Shown here piece after piece: positions 17,603-25,493 of a stretch of DNA of 32,000 bases. The position numbers were made by a program, and so were the translations under genes. Position 1 is the stretch's first letter. Every line of letters begins with the position of its first letter. Source of the DNA: Ruminococcus albus 7 = DSM 20455 (GTDB lineage: Bacteria; Bacillota; Clostridia; Oscillospirales; Ruminococcaceae). The stretch covers positions 660,001-692,000 of the forward strand of contig NC_014833.1 in NCBI RefSeq assembly GCF_000179635.2, in the 5' to 3' direction. Below the pieces are notes generated by a model. The model did not search any database and was not told where the DNA came from. It saw only the letters and a list, made by a program, of their open reading frames with translations.

Positions 17603-17648
17603 GCGGAGGATAGCTGTACTCTTACAGTGCGGTCATCCTCCGCGTTTT
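17603..17648 (+). terminator. Rho-independent terminator of the two-component operon
   Basis: GCGGAGGAT (17603-17611) pairs with ATCCTCCGC (17635-17643). An inner CTGTA/TACAG pair extends the stem. GTTTT follows. Confidence 0.7.
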
Positions 17649-17745
17649 CATGTCAGAAAAGGTGTGTTATGATAAGGCGGATAAATATGTGTGAGGGATA
17701 ATTGGCAACTGCCCACATATACCCCGATGCTTTTGATCTGACCTC

Positions 17746-17774
17746 TTGACAACCGCGTTACAATATTGTATAAT
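17746..17774 (+). promoter_or_regulatory. Consensus sigma-A promoter of ilvB
   Basis: TTGACA (17746-17751), a 17-nt spacer, then TATAAT (17769-17774). This leaves a leader of only ~40 nt. Confidence 0.6.
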
Positions 17775-17822
17775 AAGTAATTGGTTACAATAATTTTTGA
17801 GATCATAAAGGAGAGATCCATC

Positions 17823-19520
17823 ATGCAGCTTAACGGTTCTGACGTTATCGTTGAATGCCTTGTAGAACAGGGTGTTGACACTATTTTCGGTTACCCGGGC
17901 GGTGCAGTGCTGAATATCTATGATGCACTTTATAAAAATTCCGACAGGATAAGACATATCATTACAGCTCACGAGCAGGCAGCCTGCCATGCAGCGGACG
18001 GTTATTCACGTACCACAGGTAAAACAGGCGTTGTTCTGGCTACCTCAGGCCCCGGTGCCACAAACCTTGTTACAGGTATCGCTACCGCTTATATGGACTC
18101 TGTTCCCATGGTAGCAATAACAGGTAATGTAACAAGAAATCTGCTGGGTCTTGACTCTTTCCAGGAAGTGGATATATGCGGCATAACTATGCCTGTTACC
18201 AAGCATAACTTCATCGTCAAGGATCCCGAAAAGCTGCCTGACACTATCAGAGAAGCTTTCCGAATTGCCAATGAGGGCAGAAAGGGTCCTGTGCTTATAG
18301 ATATCCCCAAGGATATAACTGCAGCGATGATTGAATATGAGAAGAAAGAACCTCTGAAGTCCGAGTATAAGGATCCCGATACTTTTGAGGCTGAGATAGC
18401 TGAGGCTGCTGAGCTTATCAAGAAGTGTGAAAGACCTTTCATATATGCAGGCGGCGGTGTGGTAGCTGCTGATGCAGTTGATGAGATGAAGGAGTTCGTC
18501 CGCAAGTGCAACGCACCCGTAGCTCTGTCGCTGATGGGTCAGTGCGCTTATGATAATACCTCGGAGAATTATATCGGTATGCTGGGTATGCACGGCACAA
18601 AGGCTGCAGCAAAGGCTGTCAGCGGCTGTGACCTTATGATAGTGCTGGGCTCACGTTTCTCTGACAGAGTTCTCTGCAACCCAAATACATTCGCTAAGAA
18701 TGCACATATAATCCATATAGAGATAGACCCTGCCGAGATAGGCAAGAACATCGAAGTGTACCACCATGTAACAGGAGATGTTAAAAAGGCGATCGCAAGG
18801 CTGAATGAACTTCTGCCCGATATGACCCACCCCGATTGGTTCGAGGAAGTTATGGGCTGGAAGAAGAAGTACGCACTGCGTATGGTACCTATCGAGAGTG
18901 AGGATGAAGTACTTCCTGACCAGGTTATAAGTACTCTGGACAGACTGACTGACGGCAAGGCTATAATCTCTACCGAAGTTGGTCAGCATCAGATGTGGGC
19001 TGCACAGTACTACGATTTCAAGTGCGCAAGAAGCTTTGCTTCCAGCGGCGGACTTGGCACTATGGGCTACGGACTTGGCGCAGCTATCGGCTGTAAGATA
19101 GGCAACCCTGACAGAACAGTAGTCAATATCGCAGGTGACGGCAGTTTCTTTATGAACTGCAACGAGCTTTCAAGTCTTGCAAAGCATAAGCTGCCCCTTA
19201 TCGAGCTTGTGTTCGAGAATGACGTTCTCGGCATGGTTCGCCAGTGGCAGAGACTTTTCTACGGCAAACGTTTCAGCCAGACGAATATCGAGCGCGGAAC
19301 AGATTTCATGAAGCTTGCAGATGCTTTTGGTATTGAGGGCGTTCGCATAACCAAAAAGGATGAGATCGAACCTCAGCTGAAAAAGGCTCTTGAATACGCA
19401 GCAGCAGGCAGACCTGTACTGGTAGATGTTGTCATCAACAAGGATATCAACGTACTGCCAATGGTACCTGCAGGTGCAGATGTAAGCCAGCCTATCATGG
19501 AGATCGACCTGGAAAGCTAA
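17823..19520 (+). CDS. ilvB: Acetolactate synthase large (catalytic) subunit, biosynthetic type
   Basis: N-terminus GVDTIFGYPGGAVLNIYDAL. ThDP motif GDGSFFMNCNEL. About 565 aa. The ATG at 17823 follows AAAGGAGAG. Confidence 0.9.
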   Translation: MQLNGSDVIVECLVEQGVDTIFGYPGGAVLNIYDALYKNSDRIRHIITAHEQAACHAADGYSRTTGKTGVVLATSGPGATNLVTGIATAYMDSVPMVAITGNVTRNLLGLDSFQEVDICGITMPVTKHNFIVKDPEKLPDTIREAFRIANEGRKGPVLIDIPKDITAAMIEYEKKEPLKSEYKDPDTFEAEIAEAAELIKKCERPFIYAGGGVVAADAVDEMKEFVRKCNAPVALSLMGQCAYDNTSENYIGMLGMHGTKAAAKAVSGCDLMIVLGSRFSDRVLCNPNTFAKNAHIIHIEIDPAEIGKNIEVYHHVTGDVKKAIARLNELLPDMTHPDWFEEVMGWKKKYALRMVPIESEDEVLPDQVISTLDRLTDGKAIISTEVGQHQMWAAQYYDFKCARSFASSGGLGTMGYGLGAAIGCKIGNPDRTVVNIAGDGSFFMNCNELSSLAKHKLPLIELVFENDVLGMVRQWQRLFYGKRFSQTNIERGTDFMKLADAFGIEGVRITKKDEIEPQLKKALEYAAAGRPVLVDVVINKDINVLPMVPAGADVSQPIMEIDLES

Positions 19521-19532
19521 ATAAAAGATCAA

Positions 19533-19564
19533 CAGCCCGTGAGCGTGAACTCACGGGCTGTTTT
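19533..19564 (+). terminator. Rho-independent terminator of ilvB
   Basis: CAGCCCGTGAG-cgtgaa-CTCACGGGCTG forms 11 bp and is followed by TTTT. Confidence 0.75.
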
Positions 19565-19570
19565 CATATC

Positions 19571-19598
19571 AAAAAAGCGAGAGTGATACAACTCTCGC
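19571..19598 (-). terminator. Rho-independent terminator of the ktr operon
   Basis: GCGAGAGT and ACTCTCGC form an 8-bp stem with a 6-nt loop. A U6 run follows on the minus strand (plus-strand AAAAAA at 19571-19576). Confidence 0.6.
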
Positions 19599-19624
19599 CT
19601 ATGACTATTATTTTTACTTGTGAA

Positions 19625-20269
19625 TTACTTTCTCATCTTGCGTATGTTCTCCATAGTACCCATAACGAGAAGTCTTTCGTCTTCTGTAAAGCGGTGGTCA
19701 ATAGTCGCCATCTTGAAATCGTTGTCCTGCTTTACCGCAAGCACGTTGATATGGTACTTCTGACGAACGTTGCTTTCAAGCAGGTTCTTGCCTATCCAAC
19801 TGTCGGGAACGCTTATCTCGTAGATCGCGTACTTATCATTCAGGTTGAAATAGTCAAATACACCCTCCGAGCCGAAACGCACCGCGAATCTCTCAGCAGT
19901 TTCTTTCTCTGCGTATATTACTTCATCAGCGCCGTTGCGAAGCAGGAATTTTTTGTGTATATCCCTGTTTGCTCTTGCAAAAACATAGCTGGCACCGAGT
20001 TCGTGCATAAGGCAGGTGGTTTCAAGCGAAGCCTGAAAATTATCACCTATGGCACATATACATACATCGAAATTGTTTATACCCAGCTCCTTTAAAAACT
20101 GCGCATCGGTAGCATCGCCTATACGTGCATCCGTAACGTATTTCAGCGCAGCGTTAACTCTGTCCTCGTTGATGTCTATTGCCAGTACCTCATTACCCAT
20201 GGCTGTAAGTGATTTAGCCATGTGCTTTCCGAAACGACCCAGACCAACTATCAGAAACGATCTTGCCAT
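19625..20269 (-). CDS. ktrA: K+ uptake system peripheral NAD-binding subunit (TrkA/KtrA family)
   Basis: RCK-N Rossmann motif FLIVGLGRFGKHMAKSL. 214 aa. AAAGGAGAA RBS. Confidence 0.85.
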   Translation of the reverse strand: MARSFLIVGLGRFGKHMAKSLTAMGNEVLAIDINEDRVNAALKYVTDARIGDATDAQFLKELGINNFDVCICAIGDNFQASLETTCLMHELGASYVFARANRDIHKKFLLRNGADEVIYAEKETAERFAVRFGSEGVFDYFNLNDKYAIYEISVPDSWIGKNLLESNVRQKYHINVLAVKQDNDFKMATIDHRFTEDERLLVMGTMENIRKMRK

Positions 20270-20304
20270 ATATATTCTCCTTTTTCATATCTTTCCTTGC
20301 ATTA

Positions 20305-20952
20305 CTATATTTCGGCTTCGTTGAGCACCCATTCCATCAGTTCTTCATACTCACTTCTACTTTTTCCGTTTTGAGCTTCTACTCTTTCCTTGTGTTCTTT
20401 GTCTCTGTAATATAATCCGATCGCTACATCTGCTGTTACCAGCATATTGTCTTTAAGAAGGTAAAAGCTATGAATGGATGCATCTAAAACTCCTGTTTCC
20501 CAGCCGGAAATAAAGTTGAACGGTTCCTCGTCATCGGTGTCTTTGCCGAAAATATAGTCGTATATCCCTTTTGTATCCTCTTCTTTTTTATATATGGAAC
20601 TTTTACGTTCAAATACTTTACGTGCGGTTGCAGGTGAGTCTAACAGCATATATTCTAACCGCTGATAATTGTTCTGCGAAGTTGCCGGATTTGAAGGATA
20701 ACATTGCGTGTATTCTATGTCATATATCTGGTCCGTCCTTACGATCATGGTAACACCGGTAGTGTGTTCGTCGATCTCTTTTCTTGGAGTCAGGTTAGTG
20801 CCGGTCAGGCGTTCAATGTCCTCTTCGGTGTACACTCTATTGCTTTCTGAATCCCTGTATTTCAGAAAGTCTATCTTTGAAGGGATGAGTGACACCATTG
20901 TGATAACCAGTATAGTTATCACCGATGTTTCAAGGATCTTGTTTATATTCAT
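20305..20952 (-). CDS. Hypothetical membrane-anchored protein (one N-terminal TM helix, ~185-aa extracytoplasmic domain)
   Basis: N-terminal helix ILETSVITILVITMVSLIP. AAAAGGACAG RBS. It is tightly packed between ktrB and ktrA on the same strand. No recognisable motifs. Confidence 0.65.
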   Translation of the reverse strand: MNINKILETSVITILVITMVSLIPSKIDFLKYRDSESNRVYTEEDIERLTGTNLTPRKEIDEHTTGVTMIVRTDQIYDIEYTQCYPSNPATSQNNYQRLEYMLLDSPATARKVFERKSSIYKKEEDTKGIYDYIFGKDTDDEEPFNFISGWETGVLDASIHSFYLLKDNMLVTADVAIGLYYRDKEHKERVEAQNGKSRSEYEELMEWVLNEAEI

Positions 20953-20972
20953 ATATCTGTCCTTTTTATGAT

Positions 20973-22370
20973 TTACAGCATTATCTTCTCCTCAGGCAGC
21001 TGGCTCCTGTTCGATGCATAGTTGTTGTGCAGGGATACTATAAACGATATGCCGCCTATACGCCCGAAGAACATTATCATTATGACTATTATAATACTTA
21101 TATCCGAAAGGGAAGTGGTTATCCCCATGGAAAGTCCTGTAGAACTTATGGCGCTCACCAGCTCGAATACCACAGGGGTAAGCGCAAGTCCGTCAACGCC
21201 CGTTATTATCATGGCTGATACTATGACAAGTACCAGGTAAAGGGTAGTTATGCAGCAGGCGTTTCGCACCGTGGTATCGTCTACACGTCTGCCAAAAAAT
21301 TCCACGCTTTTTTTCTTCCTGAATACAGTGGATATTGTCATCATCATTACCGCGAATGTGGTGACTTTTATACCGCAGGCGGTAGATCCCGGAGAACCTC
21401 CCACGAACATGAAGCATATAAGCAGCATTATGGAAGTCTGTCTGAGATTTGCCACTGTAACAGATGCAAAACCCGCATCACGGCCGGATGTTACCAGCAT
21501 GGATGAAGCTATGATCTTGCCGCCTGTACCCAATTCTCCCATAGTGCCGCTGTTTTTCCACTCAAGCAGAGCCATATCCAGCATACCGAATACATAGAAT
21601 ACTATTGTCACGACAAGTATTATTTTGGTCTGTGCAGAGTATTTTTTTATGTGATGTTTGTGGTCAACGATATCCGACCACGTGAAAAATCCTATGCCGC
21701 CCACTACCAGCAGTATTATGATAGGCAGATTCAGCAAGACACTGTCATTGGCTGTTACCAGTGAGCTTCCGGGTTCAAAGTATCCCATAAGGTCAAGTCC
21801 TGCAGTGCAGAAAGCTGATATGGAATGGAAAAGGGAGAAATATATACCCTTAGCCCAGCCGAGCCGTGGTACGAACCAGAAGCAGAGCGCTGCCGTACCC
21901 AGTGATTCAAACAATACCGTACCTTTCAGTATGAATCTGGACATCTTCACTACGCCGCCCGATGATACGCTTCCTATTGATTCTCTCATGGTCGCACGCT
22001 GTTTAAGACCTATCTTCTTTCCCATGAAGCTCAGAGCGAAAAGTCCGATGCTCATGAAACCTACGCCGCCGATCTGGATTATTATGAGTATCACTATCTG
22101 CCCGAAAAGTGACCAGTAGGTGTATGTATCATGGAGTGTCAGTCCTGTGCCGCTGAGTGCAGATGTGGTAGTAAAAATGCAGTGGTGCAGTGGGGTGTAT
22201 ACTCTTTCCGTGCTGCTTACCGGCAGGCACAGCAGTGCTGCACCGATAAGTATCACCAGAGAATACCCGAACATAAGGAACTGAGAGAATGACAGCTTTC
22301 TCAGTATACTGTGTCCGAACAAATGGGGAAAGGGAGTGTCATCGTTTTCATTTTTTCTAAATATCTTCAT
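20973..22370 (-). CDS. ktrB: K+ transporter membrane subunit (TrkH/KtrB family)
   Basis: Four selectivity-filter-like pore loops: SALSGTGLT, SAFCTAGLD, STACGIKVT and ISSTGLSMG. 465 aa and polytopic. Confidence 0.85.
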   Translation of the reverse strand: MKIFRKNENDDTPFPHLFGHSILRKLSFSQFLMFGYSLVILIGAALLCLPVSSTERVYTPLHHCIFTTTSALSGTGLTLHDTYTYWSLFGQIVILIIIQIGGVGFMSIGLFALSFMGKKIGLKQRATMRESIGSVSSGGVVKMSRFILKGTVLFESLGTAALCFWFVPRLGWAKGIYFSLFHSISAFCTAGLDLMGYFEPGSSLVTANDSVLLNLPIIILLVVGGIGFFTWSDIVDHKHHIKKYSAQTKIILVVTIVFYVFGMLDMALLEWKNSGTMGELGTGGKIIASSMLVTSGRDAGFASVTVANLRQTSIMLLICFMFVGGSPGSTACGIKVTTFAVMMMTISTVFRKKKSVEFFGRRVDDTTVRNACCITTLYLVLVIVSAMIITGVDGLALTPVVFELVSAISSTGLSMGITTSLSDISIIIVIMIMFFGRIGGISFIVSLHNNYASNRSQLPEEKIML

Positions 22371-22736
22371 TCTATTCTTTCCTCAGTAAAGCATCTTCTG
22401 CCAGTCCCATTAACGGACAGAAGGCAGGATGTAAAAAACGATATGGTCATCCCTTTGGTATACCATATTATGGTTGACAATAATACATCGGTATAGATCA
22501 TCACCGGTCATTGTCCGTCGAAAGACTGCCTGATGTGGTATGTCATGAGGATAACCATAAAAACTAATATATTGTAGCATATTATTATGTATAAAGTATT
22601 ACCTTTGATGAATATTCCATTAACAATAGAAGTGTGGCCTTTGTTGGATTATGTTAAAAATACTTCAATAACTGAACGGTTGGTCAATTTTTCAGAACAA
22701 TAAATACATAATAAATCAAAATAACTGAAAAAACTC

Positions 22737-22765
22737 TTGAATATTGGAGAATAGTATGATATAAT
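22737..22765 (+). promoter_or_regulatory. Putative sigma-A promoter (extended -10) for the binding-protein/GGDEF operon
   Basis: TTGAAT (22737-22742), a 17-nt spacer, then TGaTATAAT with the -10 at 22760-22765. Confidence 0.5.
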
Positions 22766-22822
22766 ATAAACAACTTTGAGATAGTATATTTCAGATATCT
22801 TAATTACGGGGGGCGACAGTTT

Positions 22823-23866
22823 TTGAAAAGGATCATATCCACAGTACTGTGTGTATCGGTTCTGTTATGTATGACAGGTTGTGAAAAGAAAAAAGAATCT
22901 GCCGTTGCTTTTGATCCTGCTCCGCCATTCTCGGCACTTACTGAGATCAAGGAAGGCAGAAAGGACGTATATCTCATAATCAAGGATCTTGAAAGCAGCT
23001 ATTGGCGTATAGTGGTAGAAGGTGCAAAGGCAGGCAGTGTCGATTTCGACTGCAACCTGTATTACAGCGGCTGTAATAATGAGAGCGACTGGGAATCCCA
23101 GAGCAGACTTATGGATGAAGCAGTTACCGCAGGTGCTGATGCTATACTCCTATCACCTAATGATTCCGTAAAGCTTTCGGAAAAGATAGATGAAGTGTAC
23201 TCAAAGGGCGTAAGGATAGTACTTGTTGATACAGCAGCCAATACCGAGCACTATGATGTGTGCTATATGACTGATAACCTGATGGCAGGTCAGCTTGCTT
23301 CGGAAGAGATGATGAGGCAGCTTCGCAGCAAGGGATATTCCGATGATGAGAAGCTGGAAATAGGTGTGCAGGTAATAACCACCACATCCCAGACCATCAA
23401 TGAACGTCTTGCAGGATTCCTTCAGTACTGGGCAAGATATGCCCCTGATAACTGGACGATCATATCCGATATAAAGTATAATGACGGTGATATCGAAAAA
23501 GGCTATGAATGTGCGGAAGAACTTCTCAGGGATTACCCTGCTATGAAAGGTGTTTTCGGGACCAATAACAGCTCTGCCTTTACGCTTGCATCCGTACTTA
23601 AAAAACATAACAGGAAGGATATCGCCCTGGTGGGATTTGACTATTCCGCTGAGATAGCCGAGCTTATAGAAGACGGTGATTATGCTGTATCTACTGTACT
23701 GCAGAGACAGTATGAAATGGCTTATGAGGGTATTAAGACAGCCCTTGAACTTACAGAAGGCAAAGAGATCGAACAGAAATTTGTCGATACTGGTATAGTT
23801 GTTGTAAACGCAGAAAACTACAATGATCCTGATGTTCTGGAAGCACTGGATCATAACCGAGGATAA
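22823..23866 (+). CDS. Sugar-binding lipoprotein, periplasmic-binding-protein type 1 (RbsB/LacI-like fold)
   Basis: Lipobox VLLCMTGC. PBP1-like blocks ADAILLSPNDS, GVRIVLVDT, AMKGVFGTNNSSA and ALVGFDYS. TTG start after a GGGGGG RBS. Confidence 0.8.
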   Translation: MKRIISTVLCVSVLLCMTGCEKKKESAVAFDPAPPFSALTEIKEGRKDVYLIIKDLESSYWRIVVEGAKAGSVDFDCNLYYSGCNNESDWESQSRLMDEAVTAGADAILLSPNDSVKLSEKIDEVYSKGVRIVLVDTAANTEHYDVCYMTDNLMAGQLASEEMMRQLRSKGYSDDEKLEIGVQVITTTSQTINERLAGFLQYWARYAPDNWTIISDIKYNDGDIEKGYECAEELLRDYPAMKGVFGTNNSSAFTLASVLKKHNRKDIALVGFDYSAEIAELIEDGDYAVSTVLQRQYEMAYEGIKTALELTEGKEIEQKFVDTGIVVVNAENYNDPDVLEALDHNRG

Positions 23867-23867
23867 T

Positions 23868-25367
23868 ATGAATAAAACGATCACGGAGACAGGTGAACTT
23901 AAAAGCACAGGTTCTTTTATCAGGATGATGATCGTATACTTTACAGTATGTCTTTTGGGACTGGCTGTGATGATAACTGCTATCAATTCACTGATGAGGG
24001 AGCATGATAAAAAGCTCACAGGACAGATCTGCGACCTGGTCGCAGAAAAGATGAACAATTCAATAAAATATATGACGACCTCAGCGCAGAATATGTCTGC
24101 CATGCTGACAGCGCAGAAGCACAGTGATATACAGCTGCTTTATAACGAGTTCAGCGATCTTAAGGGTGACGGATATATAAGTATGGGACTTATTGACAGC
24201 AGGGACAAGGTGTATGCCACAGATACCGAGCTTGATGAGTTCAGGAAATGGAGACTTCTCGAGATCGCCCGCAAGGCCGATCCTGTGTCCATATCCTCAC
24301 CTTACCGTTCGGGATTTTCAGGTGAACCTGTCATAACGCTGTTTGCCGAATTCAGATACGGCAAAGAAGAGAAAGGCTGCCTGTTCCTGACATATCCGCT
24401 GAAAGAGATACAGAATATGGCATCTACCGAAACTCTTGCGGATGATACGGAGATATGGCTGATGGATTCGGAGTCCGATAATGTTATACAGTGTGCAGGA
24501 AAAAACAAGTACGCTATAGGCAGCTGGGCAAATGCCATGCTTATCTTTGACAGCAAGATCGAGAAAAAAGATGTTGTTGCATTTGAAAAATGGAAGGAAT
24601 CCATGCACAATGATGAAAGGGCTACGGGTGTGGTATACAGGATAGGAGATGTCACCTATTCACAGGTATATGCAGATATAAATTTCATGCATGGCTGGAA
24701 CGTAGTTGTAAGGATGCCGAGCAGTGCTATGTCATCTGCGATGGAGCGTTTCAGGAGTATAGTGATACTGTATATAGTACTTCTTCTGTTAGCTACTATT
24801 GTAATGTTCCTGCTTACCCACAGACGTGATGTGGCAGACAGAGAGATACTCAAAAATCTTTCCATACATGATCCCCTTACGGATGTAATGAACAGACGTG
24901 CTCTGGATGTTGCGGCAAATAATTATTTCCAGCGTATGCTCAGACCAGAATGTGCAGTGCTGTTCATAGATGTTGATTACTTCAAGCAGGTAAATGACCG
25001 TTACGGACATGATGCAGGTGACAAGGTGCTCAAGGAGTTTGCTGCACTGCTGAAAGATCTGTTCGGTGATATCGGACTTATATCGCGGTACGGCGGTGAT
25101 GAGTTCCTTGTGTTCATAAAGAATGCGGATAAGCAGAAGATAGAAGAAAAGCTTGCAGAACTGACATTAAGGGCGCATGAGATCCGTCCTATCACCCGAA
25201 GGGAAGATGATTATTACAGTTTGAGCTGCAGCTGCGGCGGTGCTATGTGCTCGGATAATGCAAAGAACTTTGAACAGCTCAAAGCCTGCGCGGATGCCGC
25301 ACTATATGAAGTCAAGGATCATGGCAGAGACGGCTATGGCTGGTATGAGAGCTCGGGCAGCAGATAA
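23868..25367 (+). CDS. Membrane diguanylate cyclase: TM, ~280-aa extracytoplasmic sensor (Cache-like), TM, GGDEF domain
   Basis: Intact active site RYGGDEFLVF, with upstream DVDYFKQVNDRYGHDAGD. Two TM helices. The ATG at 23868 follows GAGGA and lies 1 nt after the binding-protein stop. I did not see an RxxD I-site at the usual position. Confidence 0.85.
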   Translation: MNKTITETGELKSTGSFIRMMIVYFTVCLLGLAVMITAINSLMREHDKKLTGQICDLVAEKMNNSIKYMTTSAQNMSAMLTAQKHSDIQLLYNEFSDLKGDGYISMGLIDSRDKVYATDTELDEFRKWRLLEIARKADPVSISSPYRSGFSGEPVITLFAEFRYGKEEKGCLFLTYPLKEIQNMASTETLADDTEIWLMDSESDNVIQCAGKNKYAIGSWANAMLIFDSKIEKKDVVAFEKWKESMHNDERATGVVYRIGDVTYSQVYADINFMHGWNVVVRMPSSAMSSAMERFRSIVILYIVLLLLATIVMFLLTHRRDVADREILKNLSIHDPLTDVMNRRALDVAANNYFQRMLRPECAVLFIDVDYFKQVNDRYGHDAGDKVLKEFAALLKDLFGDIGLISRYGGDEFLVFIKNADKQKIEEKLAELTLRAHEIRPITRREDDYYSLSCSCGGAMCSDNAKNFEQLKACADAALYEVKDHGRDGYGWYESSGSR

Positions 25368-25380
25368 TAGGATCCTCAAA

Positions 25381-25405
25381 ACGGCGCATTGATGCGCCGT
25401 TTTTT
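25381..25405 (+). terminator. Rho-independent terminator of the binding-protein/GGDEF operon
   Basis: ACGGCGCA-ttga-TGCGCCGT followed by TTTTT. An A-run lies upstream, so it may act in both directions. Confidence 0.75.
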
Positions 25406-25419
25406 ATGTTTTCAAATCG

Positions 25420-25448
25420 TTGACATTTTCTTAAAATAGTGGTATAAT
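25420..25448 (+). promoter_or_regulatory. Consensus sigma-A promoter (extended -10) dedicated to the giant helicase gene
   Basis: TTGACA (25420-25425), a 17-nt spacer, then TGgTATAAT with the -10 at 25443-25448. A GGAAGGAG RBS precedes the ATG at 25494. Confidence 0.6.
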
Positions 25449-25493
25449 CTTAACTAAGTATAAATAAATTGTATCCTTGGAAGGAGCAGCTTT

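Noticed and set aside
17649-17822. Possible T-box or attenuator upstream of ilvB
   Set aside because: The best promoter (17746-17774) leaves only ~40 nt of leader. I found no specifier-loop/T-box sequence, no leader peptide rich in Ile/Leu/Val, and no terminator hairpin between the promoter and the ATG.
18045-18958. Minus-strand ORFs of 129-182 aa inside ilvB
   Set aside because: They are shadow ORFs antisense to a well-supported ilvB, with no start context.
19583-20095. 170-aa plus-strand ORF
   Set aside because: It is antisense to ktrA and begins inside the ktr terminator. It has no RBS.
22371-22440. Hairpin CTGCC-A-GTCC ... GGAC-AGAA-GGCAG just upstream of the ktrB start, considered as a terminator
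   Set aside because: On the minus strand the U-run precedes the stem rather than following it, and the stem is interrupted. It more likely forms local structure around the RBS. I kept only the upstream hairpin-plus-U-run as a candidate attenuator.
23201-24103. 300-aa minus-strand ORF spanning the binding-protein/GGDEF junction
   Set aside because: It is long, but it is antisense to two genes with clear domain signatures. It is Ile/Phe/Leu/Ser-rich, as expected from the complement of an A-rich coding strand. No RBS or promoter is evident.
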